Positions 10,553 through 22,133 of a DNA stretch of 64,000 bases are shown piece after piece. How positions within the stretch are numbered: position 1 is the first letter of the stretch; each line of letters opens with the position of its first letter. This stretch comes from Pelagomonas calceolata. Taxonomy: Eukaryota. Position numbers and translations under genes: made by a program. The notes beneath the pieces were generated by a model that ran no database searches, was not told the origin of the DNA, and saw only the letters and a list, made by a program, of their open reading frames with translations. The stretch lies in the NCBI GenBank assembly GCA_918797485.1, contig CAKKNE010000001.1:806001-870000 (forward strand), written 5' to 3'.

Positions 10553-11392
10553 CTACCGCCCCGCCGCCGCCACGACGTCGGACACAGAAGGCGCATGCTC
10601 GCTCAGGCGCTTGTAGAAGTAGCGCAGCGGCGCCTCGTCGAGCGCGTCCAGCTTTTCGTACGCTAACGCTTCGTACAGGCCCAGCGCCGCGGGGTTCTCC
10701 TCGTGGACGTGGAGGAAGACGGAGTCGTAGCCCCAGCCCGCAGGCCCGGCGAGGTGCTCCGCGGCGTCCATCAAGGCCTGCGCGACGCCGCGCCGTCGAC
10801 ACGAGTCCGCGACGCAAACGTTCGAGATGTAGGGCCTATCTGGTGCTGATGATTTGGCCGAGAAGGCGTCTCGTAATGCATCTAACATCGGCAATGGAGT
10901 GGGGTGCGCGCCGTCGGCTCGTCTTAGTCTTAATTCGACGGCGGCGACGCATTCTGATCCAGACGGCCGCGCCGCGATTAACATCACCGCGCCGCGGTCG
11001 TTTGGATCCGTTATGCGTGTCGGCTTCTTGAGGCGCGCGCCGCAGCGCGCCCTTAACCCTAGGGCGTACTCCGTACTGTCGTACGTCTTCGCGGCGGCCG
11101 CGACGCCCCGTAAGGCCTTGTCCTCCCAGCTCTGGCCGCCGTTATCGATGACCTCGATGCCGCCGCCGAACGCGTCGGCGATCAATGACGAGACGCAGGC
11201 GACGTCGTCGGCCTCCATGAGGCCGAGCGTGATCGGGTCGGCGTCGGTGCCTAGTCTTGGCTTCAGGAGACCTTCGTGTCCCACGACTTTGTGCGTGCTG
11301 CTTGCGAGCCAGGGGCGCATGCAGTCGATGGATGCGAAGGGCACGAGGGCCGCCGTGAGCGTCGGTAGCAAGGCGAGGGGCCAGGCATGCAT
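10553..11392 (-). CDS. GNAT-family N-acetyltransferase with N-terminal signal peptide
   Basis: YISNVCVADSCRRRGVAQALM acetyl-CoA motif; LHVHEENPAALGLY. Confidence 0.85.
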   Translation of the reverse strand: MHAWPLALLPTLTAALVPFASIDCMRPWLASSTHKVVGHEGLLKPRLGTDADPITLGLMEADDVACVSSLIADAFGGGIEVIDNGGQSWEDKALRGVAAAAKTYDSTEYALGLRARCGARLKKPTRITDPNDRGAVMLIAARPSGSECVAAVELRLRRADGAHPTPLPMLDALRDAFSAKSSAPDRPYISNVCVADSCRRRGVAQALMDAAEHLAGPAGWGYDSVFLHVHEENPAALGLYEALAYEKLDALDEAPLRYFYKRLSEHAPSVSDVVAAAGR

Positions 11393-11704
11393 GGCTGCCC
11401 TGGCGCGACGCGTTTTACAGCTCGAAAATTGATCTGTTTACGGCAGTGTGTGCGCGCACAGCACGTTTACTGCCCGATCCACACGGTGTGAGTGTTTTTG
11501 TACTCGATCCGCATAATAACTAGCAGCATTAGACACTAGGAAACATTTTTTGCATGCTGCCATGGCTGCGCGGTAGCGTGCACGCGAGCGCAGCATCGTC
11601 TTGCGACCACAGTCGCCCTGTTCCGGCCGGTGCAGGGCAGCCCGCCCACTTTCGTACGCGTTCGGCAACGCTGAGGCCACCGGGCAGCCCCACAGTCTCT
11701 ACTC

Positions 11705-12625
11705 ATGACACGATGGCTCAGCAGCTTCCTCTTGGTCGGGACCGCATGCGGCTACGAACTCGTCCCTGCGGATCTGGAGAAACCGGTGCCGCCCTTCGTC
11801 AGCGACATCGAGAGCCATAAGCTCGAGCTGCCGTTCACGACGAGTGCAAGTGAGTCGCGGCGCTGCGTGCATGCCTTCACAGCCCGCGGGAGGAGGCACA
11901 AGGGCGGTAGGATTGACCCCGGTGCGTACGACGGCATCGCGGGCAACCGCCAGAACGCTAGGAGTTCGCACAACGAGGACCGCTTCGCGATTCGCCTTTT
12001 TGGCGGAGCTGGCAACTGGACTTCCAGCCGGACGTTCCTTGAGATCGGAGCTTTTGATGGCGTCACCGAATCAAACACAATCATCATGGAGCGGTGCCTT
12101 GGTTGGCGCGGCGTCTTGGTCGAGCCGAATCCCCGCGCCTTCGACGCTCTCAAGGCTGCAGGTCGGACGCACTCGACGCTGGTTCACGCTTCTCCAATGT
12201 GCGAGACTGAGAGTAAGGTTCCTATGAGTCCGCTCCCGTTCACGTCGGCCAGGACAGACCCGGAGCCAGGGGCGCCGCACGGCGCCGTACCTGTGCCCTG
12301 TGTATCGCTCACGGACATCCTGCTGAAAGCTGGACATTCGAAAATAGACTTCTTTTCTTTAGACGTAGAAAACTCGGAGGACCGCGTGCTCGCGACGCTG
12401 GATTTGAAAAAGGTCGACGTGGCACTCGTCTTTGCCGAGGCGTATAATAAAGACTGCAGGACGAGGTGCGCCAAGCGGGACCGCGTGCGGGAGTACATGG
12501 CGGAGGCCGGCTACGCCCTGAACCCCGGCGGGATCAACGTCCACTTCTCGGACGTGTTCGTGCGGGAGGATCTGATGGGTGCCGCAGAGGCGCGACGACT
12601 TCTTTTTAGTGCTGTTGTAAGGTGA
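11705..12625 (+). CDS. FkbM-family (Methyltransf_21) SAM methyltransferase, secreted
   Basis: TFLEIGAFDGVTESNT, GWRGVLVEPNP, IDFFSLDVENSE; N-terminal signal peptide. Confidence 0.85.
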   Translation: MTRWLSSFLLVGTACGYELVPADLEKPVPPFVSDIESHKLELPFTTSASESRRCVHAFTARGRRHKGGRIDPGAYDGIAGNRQNARSSHNEDRFAIRLFGGAGNWTSSRTFLEIGAFDGVTESNTIIMERCLGWRGVLVEPNPRAFDALKAAGRTHSTLVHASPMCETESKVPMSPLPFTSARTDPEPGAPHGAVPVPCVSLTDILLKAGHSKIDFFSLDVENSEDRVLATLDLKKVDVALVFAEAYNKDCRTRCAKRDRVREYMAEAGYALNPGGINVHFSDVFVREDLMGAAEARRLLFSAVVR

Positions 12626-12797
12626 GCTTAGAATGTGGCTAGAGCTGCTAGCTAGAGTTCATGAGATCTGCGCAAGATCTCACCTAGACTGGCCGCACAC
12701 AACGCGACAGTCCTCCAAAATTAGTATTCGTGGGTCCCCGAGCACCATCATCATCCTGCGCATCTCGTTTGGCTGCCCCGCGAGGCTGTGACCAAGC

Positions 12798-14461
12798 ATG
12801 CAGCTCCTTCTGCTGTGGGTAGCGGTGCACGCCGCCGCGGCGCTCGTGCACACGACTACTCTGCCCCACAAGACGCGCCTACTCGCGACCACGACGCTCG
12901 TCGACCGCGCGCTGGACACGCTCGAGGACGCGACGCTCCATCTCACGCGCCTGTCGGAAGGCGATGCCCAGGACGTCGGCCCGCGAAATGATGACGACGA
13001 CCGCGCGACGCTCGTCGTCCTCGGCTCGGGCTGGGCCTCGCACGCGCTCATCAAGGTCGTCGACGCGAACAAGTACCGCGTCGTCGTCGTGAGCCCGCGG
13101 AACCACTTCGTCTTTACGCCGATGTTGGCCTCGGCCGCCGTCGGTACCGTGGAGTACAGGTCGATGACGGAGAGCGTGCGAGGGGCAAATCCCCTCGTGC
13201 AGTTCGTCGAGGGCGCGGCCACGGGCGTGAATCTTGACCAAAGGTACGTGATGGTGCAGCCGGTCCCGTTGGGTGGGGACGCGCCGGCGCCGCAACGCAT
13301 CAGCTACGACGCCCTTGTGGTAGCCGTCGGCTCGCGAGCGGCCGACGCGAACGTGCCCGGGGCGCGGGAGCGCTGCTTTGCGCTGAAGGATTGCGAGGAC
13401 GCGCGACGGCTGCGGGAGGCAGTAGGTGAGCGCTTCGAGCGGGCCGCGCGGGCGGGCGATGCGGCGACGGCCCGCGAGCTCACGTTCGCGGTCGTGGGCG
13501 GCGGCGCTACCGGTGTGGAATTGGCCGGAGAACTCAGTGACTTTGTCAACGACGTGGGGCGGCTCTACCCGTCGCTGCCGCAAGAAGCGCCGCGCGTCGT
13601 CTTGGTGCATAGCGGCGACGAGCTCCTGCCGCAGTTCGACCCGGATTTGCGCATTGAGGCGCTCCGGGCCTTGGAGCGGCGTGGTGTCCTCGTGCGGTTG
13701 GGGCGGCGCGTCCAGCGCGTCGACGAGGAAGCGTTACGGCTCGACGACGGCTCGGACGTGCCGTGTGCGCTGTGCGCGTGGTACGTTTCTGAGTCCGAAA
13801 CGACCCATACGCCATCGCAGCGACGCGTCGACACGCAGGTGCGCCGGCACGGCACCTGTGCCCTTCACCGAATCGCTCCCGGTGCCTGTCGGGGACGACG
13901 GTCGACCCTTTGTCGACGGTTGGTTGCGGGTGGCGGGATCCCCGCCAGGCACTGTCTACGGTCTGGGCGACGCATTCTGCTGTATACCCAACGGCGAGAG
14001 CGAGCCCGTTCCGCAGACCGCCCAGGTCGCGGGCCGTGCGGAATCAAATTTCAGGCGCCCCACGACGCGATGTTGTCTCCATTTCCACACAGGTCGCCGG
14101 CCAGCAGGGTGCGTACGTCGCTCGTCTGCTCAATCGCGGCTACGACTGCGTCCGAACGCCGCCTCGGCTACCAGCCGAGACTCGGACGCCGGTCGCCAAC
14201 TGGCTCCGGTTGCGGGGCGCGGAGGAGGCGTCGGAGTTTTCGTTTCTGAACCTAGGGCTCCTCGCGTACGTCGGAGGTGGAGAAGCCTTGTCCCAGGTCC
14301 AGGTCGGAGACGCCCGAGTCGGCGCGTGGGCGGGCTCCGCGGCCTTCCTGTTGTGGAGGTCCGTCTACATTGTGAAGCAGGTCGCGACGCGGAACCGCGT
14401 GCTCGTCACGTTCGACTGGGTCAAGACGGCCCTTTTCGGTCGGGATATCACTCGGCTTTGA
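12798..14461 (+). CDS. Type-II (alternative) NAD(P)H dehydrogenase; exons 12798-13780, 13839-14025, 14093-14461
   Basis: VVLGSGW, SPRNHFVFTPMLAS, VVGGGATGVELAGE, PQTAQ|VAGQQG, LWRSVY...FGRDITRL; two GT-AG introns restore the frame. Confidence 0.92.
13781..13838 (+). other. Spliceosomal intron (58 nt), possibly a decayed introner
   Basis: GTACGT...ACACGCAG; removal gives CALCAW-CAGT; contains ACGCCATCG core. Confidence 0.85.
14026..14092 (+). mobile_element. Introner-type intron (67 nt)
   Basis: TSD GTCGCGGG / GTCGCCGG (7/8); TIR-like ends CCGTGCGGAATC / ATTTCCACACAG; removal joins PQTAQ-VAGQQG. Confidence 0.85.
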
Positions 14462-14504
14462 TGATATGTGTAAGATCTTTTTGTACGACTACATGCACAC
14501 AGAG

Positions 14505-15689
14505 TTACAAAGCAACGGCCTCCGACCGCGTCCGCGCCGCGACCGCGATGCGTGCGTCGATGACCCGCCGCGTGCACGCGTCGAGGATGTCGTGGACGGC
14601 CTCGAGCTGCGACGGGCTCAGGTCCTCCGACGGCAGGAGCAGGTGCTCGGCCCGCAGCGCCAGCGCCGGCGCCGCGGGGAAGAGCGCCGCGAAGAGCTCG
14701 TTGACGTCGCGCGGCGGCGGCGGCGGTGACGGTTCCGGTAGCGGCGCGGGCTCGGGCGCAGCAGCCCCGCGCCGGCGCACGACGGTGGACCACGGTGTGG
14801 TGTCGTCAGCGAGCGACGCCGCGCGAGCTCGTGCTGTAAGTGCCGGGAGCTCGTGCTGGTGGAAGTGGCGAGCCCGATCCACCGCCGCCGCCATTTCGCC
14901 AGACGCCGCGCCCGACGTCTCCGAGCCCGAGCCCGAGTCCGACGAAGGCGCCACCACCGGCGAGGCGGCCCGCGGCGCCGGCTTGCGACGCCGTCCCTTC
15001 TTCTTCGGCGCGGGCGCCTGGGTTTCGGGCTCGGCGCAGAGCGCCTCGGCGACCGCCGCGGCCGCGGCTTCCTTCTTGCGCATGAAATCCTCGAGGACGC
15101 CCCGCGCCCGCGCGTCCTTTGGTAACCGGTCGCCCGGCGTCTTTCCCTTTGAATCGCGCGCGAAGGGGTCCGCGCCGTTGTCGAGCAGCACGTGGACGCA
15201 CCGCTCCCAGCCGTCCATGGGTCTCTCACTCTCGGCGAGCGTCGCGCATTTGCCGCACGCGTAGTGGAGCGCCGTGCTGCCGTCTGACGTAGGAGAATTT
15301 ACGTCGGAGCCGTTGCGCACGAGCGCCGAGACGGCCAGAGCATTGCCGCCGACGGCCGCGAAGTGGAGCGGCGTCTGCTTTTGCGCGTTGACGGCCTTGA
15401 CGGCGGATTTGTCGAGGTCGAGGATCACGTGCAATATGTCGTGGCCGCCCATCGCAGCGAGATGCGCCGGCGACGCGCCCGATGCGGTCTTGCACCGATA
15501 GATCGCGCCGGCGTCGACGGCCGTTCTTAATCCTTCGATCCAGCCCGTTTCCGCGCACCGCAGCACCGCGAGCGAGCCGAGCTCGCGCGTGTCATCTTTG
15601 CTGACCGCGTCGCGCAGCGCTGCTTCATCTTTCGCTCGCACGGCGTCGTCCACTCGCTTTGCGTCAGCCTCGGAGGCTGCGCTGGGCAT
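14505..15689 (-). CDS. Ankyrin-repeat protein
   Basis: SPAHLAA, QTPLHFAA, STALHYAC, LLDNGADPFARDSKGKTP. Confidence 0.85.
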   Translation of the reverse strand: MPSAASEADAKRVDDAVRAKDEAALRDAVSKDDTRELGSLAVLRCAETGWIEGLRTAVDAGAIYRCKTASGASPAHLAAMGGHDILHVILDLDKSAVKAVNAQKQTPLHFAAVGGNALAVSALVRNGSDVNSPTSDGSTALHYACGKCATLAESERPMDGWERCVHVLLDNGADPFARDSKGKTPGDRLPKDARARGVLEDFMRKKEAAAAAVAEALCAEPETQAPAPKKKGRRRKPAPRAASPVVAPSSDSGSGSETSGAASGEMAAAVDRARHFHQHELPALTARARAASLADDTTPWSTVVRRRGAAAPEPAPLPEPSPPPPPRDVNELFAALFPAAPALALRAEHLLLPSEDLSPSQLEAVHDILDACTRRVIDARIAVAARTRSEAVAL

Positions 15690-16010
15690 TTTGCAGGAAG
15701 GCAGTCAGCGCCGCGGCGATGGTCTCGTGCAGTAGTAGTCTCTGTGATACCTGCCGCCTCGTGTCCGCGTCCGCCAGGCGGCGTGCAAGCTCACAGCCAG
15801 CCTTTGTGCAGGTGGTGCAGCGGCGTACAGAGCCAGCGGCGGGACGCACTGGTCACAGCGCGTTAGGTAGCGAGCGTTGAGGTCCCGTGCGAGTCCTGCG
15901 CCGCTCGGGGGATCTCTACGGCGCACACTAAGCCTACAATTGGTCATTTGACCTTGTGCACTGCGGCAAACCTAGCGCTTGCAAACGCGCTCAAACGCGC
16001 AGCATTGATC

Positions 16011-16822
16011 ATGCCGCGCAGCAGTCGCTTGCTTCTGACTCTGAAAACCGCCGCCGCGCTGCTCCCGAGACGTACGCAGCGCCGCACGCTGTTTTACGGA
16101 TGGGGAGGCTTCCAAGGGGAAGGAGCATCCGCACTGGCCGACGCCGTCAAGGCGACGGACGTACGCGTCGCATACTTGCGACACGGAAACACTGAACCCA
16201 ACGAAGTCGATTTTGACCGAACGCTGACAAAGCAGGGCCGGTGGCAGGCGGTCGCCGCGGCGAAGTCGTATGGATTGTCATTGCGGCCGTTCCTGCCCAC
16301 GGCGTTGAGCAGCGAAGCGCCTCGAGCAGTCGAGACGGCCCAAATCTTCCTGGAGGACGCCGGTCGCGACGTCGAACTCGTCACGGACCGGAGCCTCTAC
16401 GACGGCACCATGCAACCGGAGGGGTCCGCGGTCTTCCGGGAGATCGGCTACGCGCCGCTTGATTTTTATTTGAAGGACGGGCGGGCCAACGCGGTCCTGG
16501 GCGACTACGCCGAAAACGCGGCGGCGCGCGTCGCGGCGACGCTGGCGGGCTTCGGCCAATGCTCTCGTAGGCGGACGCTGGTCGTCGTCGGCCACGTGCT
16601 GGCTCGGTGTCGACGTCATGTGGGGTCGCCTCGATGGCGTCGAGGTCACCGGTTCCGTCCACACAGGCCATCTACCTCCCGGCCGCGGCCCTCTTCGCGG
16701 CGGAGGCGCTGGGCTGCGATCAGAAGGGCCGCTCCCAGATTTTAGGATGCGACACCCAAGAAGCGGAAGGATACTTGGTCGAGCCCGACGGCTCCGTGTC
16801 GCTGTTGCGGCGGCCGCGATAG
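16011..16822 (+). CDS. Histidine phosphatase superfamily (SixA/PGM-like); exons 16011-16595, 16667-16822
   Basis: YLRHG, DRTLTKQGRWQA, SSEAPRAVETA, LVVVGH|AIY. Confidence 0.8.
16596..16666 (+). mobile_element. Degenerate introner-type intron (71 nt)
   Basis: GT...CACACAG; TIR-like CGGTGTCGACG / CGTCCACACAG; removal restores frame; TSD not recognisable. Confidence 0.65.
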
Positions 16823-16925
16823 GTTTTACTTTGACGGCCGCGCCGCACGTCGCCGCGACGCCATCTATGGCGTGGAGGTTTCTATAGGTTTTAATTATTG
16901 TGCTTAGAAGTGTCGACACCCCTTG

Positions 16926-18729
16926 CTATAAAGGCCCAACCGTGCTGTTCGCGTACTCGAAGAAGCACTCGTAGTCCAGGAGCACCTGCTCCCGGTACTC
17001 CTTGGCCACGCGCGCGACGGAGTCGGCCCACGTCATGCGCGCGTACGACGTCCCTAAAGCGGCGTCGATCACTTCCTTGAAGTGCGCCGGCGCCTTGCCC
17101 ACCGACGCGCGCACATGAGACGTGGCCGTCGCCGCCGCGATCTGTTCCACGTACTCGGCGAAGTCTTGATAGGTATCTAATTCATCTAAGTCGAAGGACG
17201 CCTTGTACGGCGACCGCTCCCTCACGACGAAATCTCGCTCGTCGATCTTGGCCCAGCCCGCGTAGGGGTCCGTGAGTGACGTAATGGCTCTCTGGGCTTT
17301 GACCGCTCTAGCAGCTTGATTTTTGAAGAGGTGGTCAAACCAGGCCGCATCACCAGTCTTACCAGACGTCGCCTCGAAGGCGTCCCGGGCCGCTGGGCTC
17401 GGTTCTTCCTTCACATCCAAGATGACCGCTCGTCTCGAGTGCTTATCTTCCTCCGCAGCTCTATCGTCACTCGGCACATCATACGCATCGTCGTCGGCCG
17501 CCGCCGGGCGCTCCTCGCCCGCTAAGAGGACGTAGAATCGGTCCACGCCGAAGGAGCCGATGCCCGACCCGACTCTTCTTGCTACATCTAAAACTTTGAA
17601 TGAAGCAGGACTGTATTCAAGAGCGTGCCACGCGACCTTGGGCAGCGTCGCCGGGTAGCCCTCCTTCGCGAAGCCTTCTCGGATTTTAGTTTCGATGTCC
17701 TCGGGAAGTTCTTCCAGAGACGTATCTTTCGACTTGACGAATTTCAATCCACTGGAAGTTCTTTCAGTAAATTTGATGACGGCCTTGTCCTCGTCTTTTT
17801 CTTGCATCTTCTTCAGGAATTTATGCAACGCGGTATCTTTCGGCGTCGTACTCGCCTTCACTTCAAACAATTCAGCATCCTCGTTGCCCACGTAGCCCTT
17901 GACGACCTCGACGTACGCTTCGCAGAAGGTCTCCACCGCACTCTCGGCCTTCGCTTCCGTGAGGCCGTTGGTCAGGGCGTGGTTGTAGATGGAAACGGCC
18001 ACCCTCCAGACGTCGACCTGGAAGTCGTAGATGACCTGCGCGGCGTTGGTGTTTCGAGGCGCTCTCGGTGACGCCATCGACGCGGTCCGAATCGGCCCAA
18101 AATCGAAGAAGAGACCAACCACTTCATTGTGAGATGGACACGAGTCGCGTCGATGGCGTAATAAGACACGGGACACATACCGCCTCGTCAAAATCGTTCA
18201 TCCCGTAGACCACGTCCCCATCCCTAGCATGAAACGCTCCGAAGTTCGACAGGTGCTGGTCGCCGGTCACCCAGGTCCAGGTCGACGTCCTTTGTAAAGG
18301 CGAGCCGTCCTTCAGAGGGTCCGCCAATCGCAACAGGTCAAACTCGCCCCACCCGCCATTGACAAAGTCGTGCCAGAACAAGTCCGCGGTCGCTCGATAA
18401 AACGAATTCGCGTCCTTGCCCTGGGCCTTGTACTTCGTGTGGAGGTCGTCCTTTGATAATTTGCTGTCTTTGTCTGCGTAATGATTTGAGATCCAATCAC
18501 ACCGTTTCTTCGCCTCCGGGGCGGCCCAGGTGTCTCCCGTCAACACATCCTTCTGCAAGGCTTCGGCGGCTTTGGGGTCCTCGATCGCGCCTCGGAGGGC
18601 GTCGGGCACGTTGAACGCGAGAGCGGCCACGAGCATGAGCGCGCCGGCTCCCGTTATGGCGAGGAGCGCCTTGCGGCGGCGGCTCGGCGTGCTGCCGTCT
18701 ATCGTTGAATAGGCTTGCTGGCGGGGCAT
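16926..18729 (-). CDS. DUF2252-family kinase-like protein with N-terminal TM anchor; exons 18729-18181, 18035-16926
   Basis: SFYRATADLF, GDQHLSNFG, NDFDEA|VIYD, RRVGSGIGSFGVDRFYVLL, ILDVKE, FVVRERSP. Confidence 0.8.
18036..18180 (-). other. Spliceosomal intron (145 nt) with internal 14-bp inverted repeat
   Basis: GTATGT...GCGCAG on minus strand; ACGCCATCGACGCG at 18071-18084 and its reverse complement at 18146-18159. Confidence 0.85.
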
Positions 18730-19012
18730 GTTTTGACTGGATTCGCTCGAAAGCGCTCGAAAGCGCTGCAACAGATTTGGATGGCTTTGGCAGAGCTTGT
18801 TTTGAAAGCTCGGTGTAGCGACCGCTGCGCGACTGCTGGATCTGCTGGACCCTCGAGTGGTTCGAAAGAGACCGCGGCGTCCGAGATCGAAGCTCAGGCA
18901 GCGCACGATGGCAGCTAAGCGTGCAAATCCGCGCGCGCCCGCGTGCTCTAGAGCTTTTATGCGCTAGCTGAGTTCATATACTTACTACGGAGGGATAATG
19001 TGGAAGGCGCAT

Positions 19013-19465
19013 CTAGCACATCATGTCCCACTCGTAGAGCGCGAAGAACGCGTCGTTCCAGGGCCACTTGGCTTCAAGCATGTCCCCACCGGGCCCGTAA
19101 TACGACATCACCACATTGTCGCTGGGAGCATCATATCTAAAGATGCGCTCGCCCCGATGATCCCAGTTCACGTGCTCGGGGTCCGCCGACTCGAGCCAGT
19201 TCAGCAGTCTCGCCCGTACCGTCTCGCCGACGTCGCACTCCTCCTCGCCGACGCAGACGCTCTTGAGCTCCGGTAACGAGCAGCTGAAAGCGTCTCCATC
19301 GGACGGGCGGTTGATCCCCAAACTATCAAACGCCTCCGTGGCCATGTCGGCGTCGGCGACGGCGGCCGTGGCTCGCCGCGGCGGCGGCGCGTACTTGCGG
19401 CCGTTTCGCGGGCGCGCTTGGGCGATGGCGTTTACGCCGCTTCGTGACAGGTGCCAGTCGGACAT
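19013..19465 (-). CDS. Hypothetical protein (start uncertain)
   Basis: ATG ORF with globular-looking, non-low-complexity C-terminal 110 aa. Confidence 0.55.
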   Translation of the reverse strand: MSDWHLSRSGVNAIAQARPRNGRKYAPPPRRATAAVADADMATEAFDSLGINRPSDGDAFSCSLPELKSVCVGEEECDVGETVRARLLNWLESADPEHVNWDHRGERIFRYDAPSDNVVMSYYGPGGDMLEAKWPWNDAFFALYEWDMMC

Positions 19466-20003
19466 CACGGGCGCCGCGCGGTGGAGCGATCGCTGCAGCC
19501 CTGCTGCAAGCGGTGCAGTGATTGCTGCCAGGAGGACGCGCCTGCTGCCGTTTCTTGCCGGGCGAATGTTAGCTTGAAAACGTGGCCTGCAGGACAGCTT
19601 TTGCTGCGCTGAAACGCGACGCGCGCTGTGCTTTACCTAATTCTGGGTATCTGCGCTCAGACAGAAGATCGAGGTCATGTGATGCTCGCAAATCGCAGCC
19701 ATCCCGGCGGATGGCGTCCTGCAGTGCGCTTACCTCGGTTCATCGGACGCCTTCGCTAGGCCACGAAAACCCGACATTCTCTCTCACTTGCTGGGCATCT
19801 CAGCCAGGCGCGCGCGCATACTGGCCCATTCATGCGCTGCGCATCGGTGTTGACATATGCACATATGCATTGACGCATATCTCCACGCGAATCCAGCTAT
19901 AACACGTCGCACCACTCAGCCTAGCCGCAGCCGACAGCCTGCATTGGAGCAGCGCGCATACTCGTAGCCGCGCGGGAGCGTAGGCGCCAGCAGCACAGCA
20001 AAA

Positions 20004-22074
20004 ATGCAACCACCAAATGAAAAACAGATCCCAGCAGCCGCCTTCACAGAAACAAAACGCCTCGCCGAGAACGCCCGCAACGTCGTATCACTCGGACACA
20101 TAAATGACAAGGTGGTCGTCCTCAAACGAGTGAGAGCAGCAACGGCGAATCCCGACCGCTGCCCGGCGTCGCGCCGCTTCGACGCGGAGCGGCGCTACGC
20201 GTGGGCGCTCTCGGAGGACTCGGACTTTGTCTTGCGACCCATCTACACCATCGTGGAGGCGCCGGTGATGGCCATGGTCATGCCCTACTGCGTCCACGGG
20301 TCCCTCGACCTCCTCTGCCGCCGCCCGCTGTCCTACGTGTTTTCCCTGCTACTGATGACAGACGCAGCGAAAGGCGTCGCCCACGCGCACGCGCTAGGTG
20401 TCGTACTGCGAGACGTCAAGCCGGGCAACTGCCTCGTGGGCGCCGACGGCGTCGCGCGGCTCGCGGACTTCGAGCTTGTGCGGCACCAGTGCCGAAATCA
20501 CGACATCGATGGCATGGAGGCTGACGATCACTCACCGGTCGACGTCCGCACAGGCCGGCACGCCGGACGAGTTGCGGAGACCGGCGCCGCGCTACGGCGG
20601 CGGGCCCGCCGGGAAGCCGCGAAAAACTTTTGAAGGCACGCCGGAATACGTCGCGCCCGAACTCCTGGAGGCCTACGACGCGGCGCCGGCGCGCAATTCA
20701 TCGGCTGATCCGATGCGGGCGGCCGCGACCTTCGCGTCGGACGTCTACTCTCTGGCGGTGCTGGCGAACGAGGTCGCGTCTGGAAAAGCGCCGTACGAGG
20801 GCGCCGAGCGGCCGGACGCGCAACTGCAGACGGTTATAGAGACGACCTATACGACGCCCGCGCTCTGCCGCGCCGTCGTCGCGGGCCGGCGGCCCGACCT
20901 GGCCGACCCGTGTGGCCGATCCGTGTTCCCGCAGCTAGTTGAAAGCGCTTGGGCCGCCGACGCGGCCGCGCGGCCGACGGCCAGGAGCTTCGCGGAGAGC
21001 CTCGTCGACTTGGGCGAGGCGCACTACGGTAACTGCTTAGGCGAGGAGATCCACTTCCTGAAGGGGGCCTTCGAGCCGACGTGGCGCCGGAAACACCTCG
21101 ACGTGCTCTTCCTCGTACCAGAACGCCTAGGCCACGAACTGCCGCCGCCGCCGCCGCCACCACTACCCGAGCTCTCAGCCGCGCAGATCGCCCGCCTCGA
21201 CGCCCTCGGCCGCGCGCGGTCCGGCGGTCCGCGCCGCCGCGGCCACGGTGTGGAACTCGCGCCGGGCCCCCGGGAAAGCATGGAAGACACCGCAGCGGCG
21301 GCGGAGTGGGGCGCGTCGGCGTGCTATGTTGTTGTCGACGGCCACGGCGGCGCCGAGGCGGCCGAGGTCGTCGTGGACCTGCTCCCGCGATTGATCGGCG
21401 CGGAGCTGCTCGCTGGCGGGACGGACGACGCCGCGGTGCGCGCCGCGCTACATAGAGCCTTTCTCCGCGGCGACGAGGCGTGCCGCCCGGCCAAAGGCGG
21501 CGCGTGCGTTGTTGTGGCGCTGCTTCTAGGCGACGATTTGTTTGTGTCATCTGCTGGAGACTGCCGCGCGATCCTCGATAGAGACGGCGACGAGACCTGG
21601 ACGTGGTCCCGTGCCTGCCCGGCGTCGCCCGATGCGGCGCAAGGCCCGTTCGCCGGCGGCGTCGTCGCGCTCTCGCGGGACCACCGCCCGTCGGATGCGG
21701 CTGAAGCAGTTTGCGTGACCGCCGTCGGTGGCCGCGTGTTTACGCTACCTGGCGAAGCAGAACCGCGCGTCGCTCATCGGAGCGGAAAAGGCGGCGTTCG
21801 CATAACGCGGGCGCTCGGTGACGCTGACTACCCGGGCGTGATCCCCGATCCACACATCGTGGGCCCGGTCCGCCTGTTGGGCCGCGACGCGACGCTCACG
21901 CTCGTCACTGACGGCGTCTCGGACCGGCTCTCCGACGACGCCGTCGCCCAGATCCTCCGCGATACGTGTCCAGAACCGCACCTGGGGCCGAAGGCGCTGC
22001 TTGTTGCAGCCTTGGACGCCGGCGCCGATGATAACGTGTGCGCGCTCGTCGTCTACTTGAACCGCCATCCCTGA
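20004..22074 (+). CDS. Protein kinase-PP2C phosphatase fusion; exons 20004-20477, 20554-22074
   Basis: Kinase motifs VVLK, LRDVKPGN, LADFEL, GTPEYVAPE, SDVYSL; PP2C motifs MED, VDGHGG, AGDCRA, TRALGD, TDGVSD, DDN. Confidence 0.88.
20478..20553 (+). mobile_element. Introner-type intron (76 nt)
   Basis: GTGCGGCAC vs downstream exon GCCGGCAC (TSD-like); TIR-like CAGTGCCGAAATC / GACGTCCGCACAG; removal restores frame. Confidence 0.7.
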
Positions 22075-22133
22075 GGACTGTTCTGTTTGTCTAAATTCTC
22101 TTGTTACACCACACCACGCCATCGCCGCGACGA

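Noticed and set aside
13426..15264. 612-aa plus-strand ORF and many other long overlapping or antisense ORFs
   Set aside because: Shadow ORFs of GC-rich coding DNA; Arg/Ala/Pro-rich with no motifs. Only 13839-14025 of this one serves as an NDH2 exon.
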